Part shown: piece after piece, positions 27,445-32,000 of the stretch
Position numbering within the stretch: position 1 is the stretch's first letter
Layout: each line of letters starts with the position of its first letter
Assembly: GCF_000283555.1 (NCBI RefSeq)
Contig: NC_016012.1
Location: 180,001 to 212,000 of the forward strand
Direction of reading: 5' to 3'
Source: Candidatus Arthromitus sp. SFB-rat-Yit
GTDB lineage: Bacteria; Bacillota; Clostridia; Clostridiales; Clostridiaceae
Length of the DNA: 32,000 bases
Position numbers and translations under genes: made by a program
The notes under the pieces: generated by a model
What the model saw: only the letters and a program-made list of their open reading frames with translations
Told to the model about the DNA's origin: nothing
The model's database searches: none

Positions 27445-29559
27445 ATGGGAAAGTATAATTTGAAATTGTTTAATAGTGATACGAAAGGTTGTAACAATGA
27501 GGGGAAGATTGAAAATGTTGTATTATTGCACCCTTTAGTTCAGATTAAAGAGAATAATATTTATATTTCATATAAAGAACATGATTTAAAAATGTGTGGA
27601 CTTACACATATAGATAGGATTGAAATATATAAGGGTTCTTATTTTATTTGTAGCAGAGATAATGTTTCAAATTATCACATAAAATTTCCGTATTTTTCTT
27701 CTGATGGTATTTATGAAATAAGGACTATATTTTCAAATAAGGATAACACAATTAAGAAATATTGTATTAGTTCTTTTGAGTTTTTTGGATTTAAAAGAGA
27801 AGCAAAGTGTAGTAATTTAAATATAAATCTAACTCATCAAGGGAAAAATTTAAATATAACTTTTTCTAAAAAAATTGGATATATTGATTTATCAAATATA
27901 ATCCTGCCAGATATAAAATTACTAGATTCAAGTGGTAAAGAAATTGAAAAGCTTGTATCTAAATTACATATAAAGGGAAATGAAATTGAGGTTTTATTTT
28001 TAGATGTATTTAATGATAATAAAACAAATAAGCTCCTTCCGAATGAGGTTTATACTTTTAAAATAAGTAGTATTTTAGGAGAATTGTGTTCCTCCTTTTC
28101 TTTTGAATATGAAAGTTTAGACGTGAAATTATTTAGTGTAGTTGATAAGGTATATGTTGAGGAGTTATCCCATAGAGAAGATGGTTTATCTATTATTAAG
28201 TTGTTTATTAAACTTAACAACTTGATAAATGTGGATAGTTACGAGTATATGATATGTAATGTATGGAACAAATTTTTGTATCTCAAATCATCAGATGGAG
28301 AAAAAAATGATACTTTAGTATTTGAATGTATAATTAAAGAAGATAAGGGATGCTTTGAGTTTAACCTTTTTAATGGAAGTAAGTTAAATAATATAATATT
28401 TGATTATGATTTTTCTTGCGAGGAAAATTATCGCATAGATGAGAGGAAATATGGAGATTTAAATTATATTAAAAAAGATAAAAATAAATATGATTTTATA
28501 TTTAAAAGTGAATGTAAGCATTTAGAAGAAGGAATTAAATATTTTAAATTTCAAAATCTAGAAGGAGAGCCATTAAATATTTATATAGAAGGAATTAAGT
28601 TAAGTGGGGGTGAATTTTTATTTAAAGATATTAATCTTTCAAATAAATTTAGTGAAATTTATGGTTTAGATATAGGGAAATCGAGAATGCAATTATTTGG
28701 TATATCTAATTCTATAGGGATTAAGTTTGTAAATTTTGGTTATGAATGTAGTTTTGATAATACAAAGATAATTCTAAATGCAATTAATGATAATTTCATC
28801 CATGGTAAGGCGTTATTTAAAAATGGGCGGGAAGAGAGATTTGATATACAAGATAGAAATAGTGAGATTAGAGTTTACAACAAATTAGATAATCAGATTA
28901 TATATCTTAAATGTTACGATAAGAATAATAGGGTATATTATTCAACGCTTAGCCTTTATAATGATGAGATGGAAGCGTATATAAATAACTCGATTATCGA
29001 GAGGGTTTATCTAGGTGTATCAAATGAACTATTTATTATAAGTAAAAGTTTATTTAATGATTTTGAGGGTAATTTTGAAGCTATGATCATATCTAAAAAT
29101 GGAGATGTTATAAATTCTATAAAAGTAAATGGTGATGAAAACTTCAAGATGTGTTTTAGAAATATTGATTTGGAGGAAAGTGATTTATACTATCTAAAGG
29201 TAAAAGGAAATGAGAGATTTAAAACTTATTCCATATTTATAAGATCTTTAATATCTAAGGGTAACATTTATATAAGGGATTTAAATAATGAAGAGATAAA
29301 TCTTTTGTCACTTAATTTTAAAAAGGATTTTGTATTAAATATAAGTTTGTTTATTGTGATTTATGGAAAGAGATATATGATTATGGAAGGTGAGTGTAAT
29401 TTTAATACTCATGTATTTAAAGAGAATATTTTTAATAAGTTTATGTTTAATGGTAATGAGTATATATTTTCATATAAAATGGGAGATAAATTACATGATA
29501 TACAATTTACATATATAGGAGATGGTAGAGAGGAATATATTTATGACCTTAATTATTAA
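27445..29559 (+). CDS. Large orphan protein (about 704-720 aa), predicted mostly beta, no recognisable domain, no signal peptide
   Basis: The long ORF is open from ATG 27397, which has no RBS. ATG 27445 has GGAG 9 nt upstream. The strand-like alternating pattern (NIYISYKEHDL, EVYTFKISS, NEIEVLFLD) suggests beta-sandwich modules. There are 15 Cys and none are in CxxC pairs. A convergent bidirectional terminator follows. Confidence 0.7.
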   Translation: MGKYNLKLFNSDTKGCNNEGKIENVVLLHPLVQIKENNIYISYKEHDLKMCGLTHIDRIEIYKGSYFICSRDNVSNYHIKFPYFSSDGIYEIRTIFSNKDNTIKKYCISSFEFFGFKREAKCSNLNINLTHQGKNLNITFSKKIGYIDLSNIILPDIKLLDSSGKEIEKLVSKLHIKGNEIEVLFLDVFNDNKTNKLLPNEVYTFKISSILGELCSSFSFEYESLDVKLFSVVDKVYVEELSHREDGLSIIKLFIKLNNLINVDSYEYMICNVWNKFLYLKSSDGEKNDTLVFECIIKEDKGCFEFNLFNGSKLNNIIFDYDFSCEENYRIDERKYGDLNYIKKDKNKYDFIFKSECKHLEEGIKYFKFQNLEGEPLNIYIEGIKLSGGEFLFKDINLSNKFSEIYGLDIGKSRMQLFGISNSIGIKFVNFGYECSFDNTKIILNAINDNFIHGKALFKNGREERFDIQDRNSEIRVYNKLDNQIIYLKCYDKNNRVYYSTLSLYNDEMEAYINNSIIERVYLGVSNELFIISKSLFNDFEGNFEAMIISKNGDVINSIKVNGDENFKMCFRNIDLEESDLYYLKVKGNERFKTYSIFIRSLISKGNIYIRDLNNEEINLLSLNFKKDFVLNISLFIVIYGKRYMIMEGECNFNTHVFKENIFNKFMFNGNEYIFSYKMGDKLHDIQFTYIGDGREEYIYDLNY

Positions 29560-29560
29560 A

Positions 29561-29602
29561 AATAAATAGAGGGGGATGTAATAATCCCTTTATTTATTTT
29601 TT
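29561..29602. terminator. Bidirectional terminator shared by the convergent genes
   Basis: Core gggat (29573-29577) / atccc (29584-29588) is extended by A/T pairs (aaataaa...tttattt). There is a T run on the plus strand and an A-rich tail on the left that gives U's for the minus-strand transcript. It fills the 30-nt gap between the stops at 29559 and 29590. Confidence 0.65.
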
Positions 29603-30957
29603 AAAAGAAGCTTTAAAAATTTTAAATTATAGTTTTTGTTATTCGGGTATCTTGATTTTATATCTATCTTGTTTGATTTTATAAGCAAACTTTTATTGTA
29701 AGTAAAAGTATCAAACGAATATTTTCTATGATAATATCCTATTCCGCTATTCTTGATCCCACCAAACGGAAGGTTATTTTCACAGATATGAACGAGTGTA
29801 TCGTTTATGCATCCTCCTCCAAAATGTATGTTTAAAAATCTGTTTATTATAGTTTTATTACTTGTAAATAAATAGAGTGCAAGAGGGGGTGGACTGCATT
29901 TTAGTGAATGTATTAAACCATCTAAAATATCGTAATATTTAATTTGGAGTATCGGACCAAATATTTCATGTGGAATAATTTCTTCTTTATCTATGAGTGT
30001 TGGAGAAATTTTTAGCTTATCTTTTGAGTATTCTCCACCAAATATGATTTCCTCTCTATTATCCTCAATGATTTTAATTAATCTTAAAAAATGAGATTCA
30101 TTTATAATTTTTGAATAATGCTTAAAATTCAGTGGATTTTCAGAGTATAAGTCTTTAATATAAAATATCATTCTATCTATGAACTTATCTTTAATTTTAC
30201 TATTTACGTACAAAATATCTGGAGCTAAACACGTTTGACCTGAATTTAAAAATTTTCCATGAATAATTCTTTTGCACGAGGTATCTATTTCACAATCACT
30301 ATGAACTATACAAGGATTTTTCCCACCGAGTTCGAGTGTTACAGGTATTAAATTCTTAGATGCTTTTTCGTAAACAAGTTTTCCAAAATTTGGATTACCT
30401 GTTGCAAATATGTAATCAAAATCTAAATCTAGAAGTTTGTTTATCTCATATTCATCTTTAGATATAGTGAATACATAGCATTTTTCAAATACTTCTTTGA
30501 TTATTTTTTCTATTAGTTTGTTTGTATTTGGATTTAGAGTATGGAGCTTTAGTATACAAGTATTACCTGAGGCGAGTGCTCCTATAAGAGGCATTAGTGA
30601 AATATATAGAGGGTAGTTCCAACATGAGATAATTAAACAAACTCCGTAAGGTTTTTTGTGTATATAGGCTTTGCTTTTAAAGTTAATTATGGAGGTTCTA
30701 ACTCTTTTTGGTTTTGATAATGAGCGTAGATTTTTAATAAAGTAATTTATTTCATTAATGCAGTGTGAAAATTCTGATACAAATGAATCTTCTTCTGATT
30801 TTCCTAAATCTTTATGGAGAGCTGTATAAATTTCATATTCATTTTTCAATAATTCTTTTTTTAATTTTGTTAGATTTATGATTCTAAAATTTACTGAAAT
30901 AGTTGCATCAGAATTAAAGAATTCCTTTTGTGCGTAGAAAATTTTTTCTATACTCAT
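29590..30957 (-). CDS. Aldehyde dehydrogenase, class-3-like (YwdH/AldH type)
   Basis: 455 aa with WNYP, LELGGKNPCIV (catalytic Glu region) and NSGQTCLAPD (catalytic Cys). GGAGGAT RBS before the ATG. Confidence 0.88.
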   Translation of the reverse strand: MSIEKIFYAQKEFFNSDATISVNFRIINLTKLKKELLKNEYEIYTALHKDLGKSEEDSFVSEFSHCINEINYFIKNLRSLSKPKRVRTSIINFKSKAYIHKKPYGVCLIISCWNYPLYISLMPLIGALASGNTCILKLHTLNPNTNKLIEKIIKEVFEKCYVFTISKDEYEINKLLDLDFDYIFATGNPNFGKLVYEKASKNLIPVTLELGGKNPCIVHSDCEIDTSCKRIIHGKFLNSGQTCLAPDILYVNSKIKDKFIDRMIFYIKDLYSENPLNFKHYSKIINESHFLRLIKIIEDNREEIIFGGEYSKDKLKISPTLIDKEEIIPHEIFGPILQIKYYDILDGLIHSLKCSPPPLALYLFTSNKTIINRFLNIHFGGGCINDTLVHICENNLPFGGIKNSGIGYYHRKYSFDTFTYNKSLLIKSNKIDIKSRYPNNKNYNLKFLKLLLKNK

Positions 30958-31095
30958 GATATCCTCCGTTTTCTTAATATACCTTAATTTTAAATTAAGT
31001 GAATAAAAATTAAAAGATTTTATTTATGGAATAATTGGAACTGATTTGGAGGAAACTACATCATGAATTTTAATTGGTGATTAGGTGATATTGTG

Positions 31096-32000
31096 ATGAA
31101 AGTTATGATTAGATTTTTATTGTTTTTTATGATTTTATCTGGAGCTATAGGATGTAAGGTTTATGCGAATGAAGAATTTATAGATGATCCATTGGAGGAA
31201 ATTTTATATAAATTTGATAAGGTAAATGAGAATGGTGAGGTTATTTATGATAAGAAGTCTCCTATAACAGTTGATGGTAAAAAGATAAAGTTAAAGAAGA
31301 TATATGATTCAGATAAGGAGATGTTTAGGGGGACGTGGATAGCTACTATATCTAATATAAATTTTCCAAGTAGAAGAGATATGAATTTTGATGAGCTTAA
31401 AGGTGAGTTTGATTCTATGTTAAATAGAGTTAAAGAACTTAATTTGAATGCAATTTTTTTTCAAGTTAGTCCAGAGCTAGATGCTTTTTATGAATCATCT
31501 TTTAGGCCATGGTCTAAGTATCTTTCAGGAGAACAAGGGAAAGCTCCTTCATATGTAAATGAGGGTAAGGATTTTTTAAAGTATGCTATTTCTGAAACTA
31601 GAAAAAGGGGTATTGAGTTTCATGCGTGGTTTAATCCTTATAGAGTCACAAAAGATCCTATTATAAATAGTACAAAAGAAGATATATTACAAACACTACA
31701 TGAAAATAATTTTGCAAGAATTAACAAAGATTTAGTTTATTTGTTTCAAGGTAAATTGTTCTTAGACCCTGGGAGATATGAAGTTATGGAATTTGTGAAA
31801 AACACTATACATGAATTCATAACTAAATATGATGTTGATGGTATACATTTTGATGATTATTTTTACCCTTATGGTTCTCAAACTATAAATGGTGTTAGCT
31901 ATAAATTTGGAGATATGAATGAAGATTTAAAAACATTTGAGGAAAATAATAGAAGTATAACTGATATAAAAGATTGGAGAAGAGATAACGTAAGCATTTT
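31096..32000 (+). CDS. Glycoside-hydrolase-like family 10 (GHL10/DUF187, YngK-like) secreted protein or lipoprotein, 3'-truncated by the window edge
   Basis: This ORF is absent from the supplied track because it runs off the window end. AGGTGA RBS lies 7 nt before the ATG. The signal peptide is MKVMIRFLLFFMILSGAIGC. FRGTWIATISNINFPS, LNLNAIFFQVSP, RPWSKYLSG and IEFHAWFNPYR are typical of the family. Confidence 0.75.
   Translation, partial: MKVMIRFLLFFMILSGAIGCKVYANEEFIDDPLEEILYKFDKVNENGEVIYDKKSPITVDGKKIKLKKIYDSDKEMFRGTWIATISNINFPSRRDMNFDELKGEFDSMLNRVKELNLNAIFFQVSPELDAFYESSFRPWSKYLSGEQGKAPSYVNEGKDFLKYAISETRKRGIEFHAWFNPYRVTKDPIINSTKEDILQTLHENNFARINKDLVYLFQGKLFLDPGRYEVMEFVKNTIHEFITKYDVDGIHFDDYFYPYGSQTINGVSYKFGDMNEDLKTFEENNRSITDIKDWRRDNVSI

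Noticed and set aside
30982-30998. 17-nt AT-only palindrome (cttaattttaaattaag) upstream of the aldehyde dehydrogenase gene
   Set aside because: It is short, made only of A/T apart from the end bases, and expected by chance in intergenic DNA this AT-rich.
1-32000. Window-wide look for tRNA, rRNA, CRISPR arrays, transposase or integrase genes and long direct repeats
   Set aside because: None were seen. The only G+C-rich islands in the non-coding DNA are terminator stems, and no ORF shows DDE, tyrosine- or serine-recombinase motifs.

Overview
This is a very AT-rich segment typical of a low-GC Firmicute. The organism looks like a spore-forming Clostridium relative, inferred from the CwlD-like amidase, the mtlA-mtlR-mtlD order and the codon bias. 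Most of the window is ordinary chromosome. It holds an APC permease, a GNAT acetyltransferase, a DUF4097 protein and a complete mannitol PTS operon (mtlA IICBA fusion, mtlR, mtlD). It also holds a cwlD-like amidase, a MATE exporter, an ArsR-type regulator, nadE, ung, alr, dapF, an SDR, a TraX-family membrane protein, a class-3-like aldehyde dehydrogenase and a partial GHL10/DUF187-type lipoprotein at the right edge. Nearly every transcription unit ends in a clear rho-independent hairpin. I saw no tRNA, rRNA, CRISPR array, transposase or integrase. Five things deserve a second look. (1) A Walker-A/B ABC-type ATPase at 26053-27321 is followed by a roughly 700-aa orphan protein with no recognisable domain (27397/27445-29559). 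This is the best candidate here for an undescribed two-gene accessory or defence-like module, but a strong terminator lies between the genes and I cannot show that they co-occur elsewhere. (2) A 1938-aa secreted protein has an unknown head, about 11 divergent FN3-like modules and a C-terminal DUF4214-like domain, with no recognisable wall anchor. (3) A 224-aa protein has 20 Cys and is Asn/Gln-rich, which resembles a spore coat or exosporium protein. (4) The left edge (about 1-930) is much more G+C-rich and carries a frame-disrupted ORF plus a DUF5131 (phage Gp37/Gp68) gene that seems to have lost a conserved internal block. (5) A decayed RibD_C/DHFR-family pseudogene lies at 8654-8904. All family assignments come from reading motifs by eye; no database search was run.
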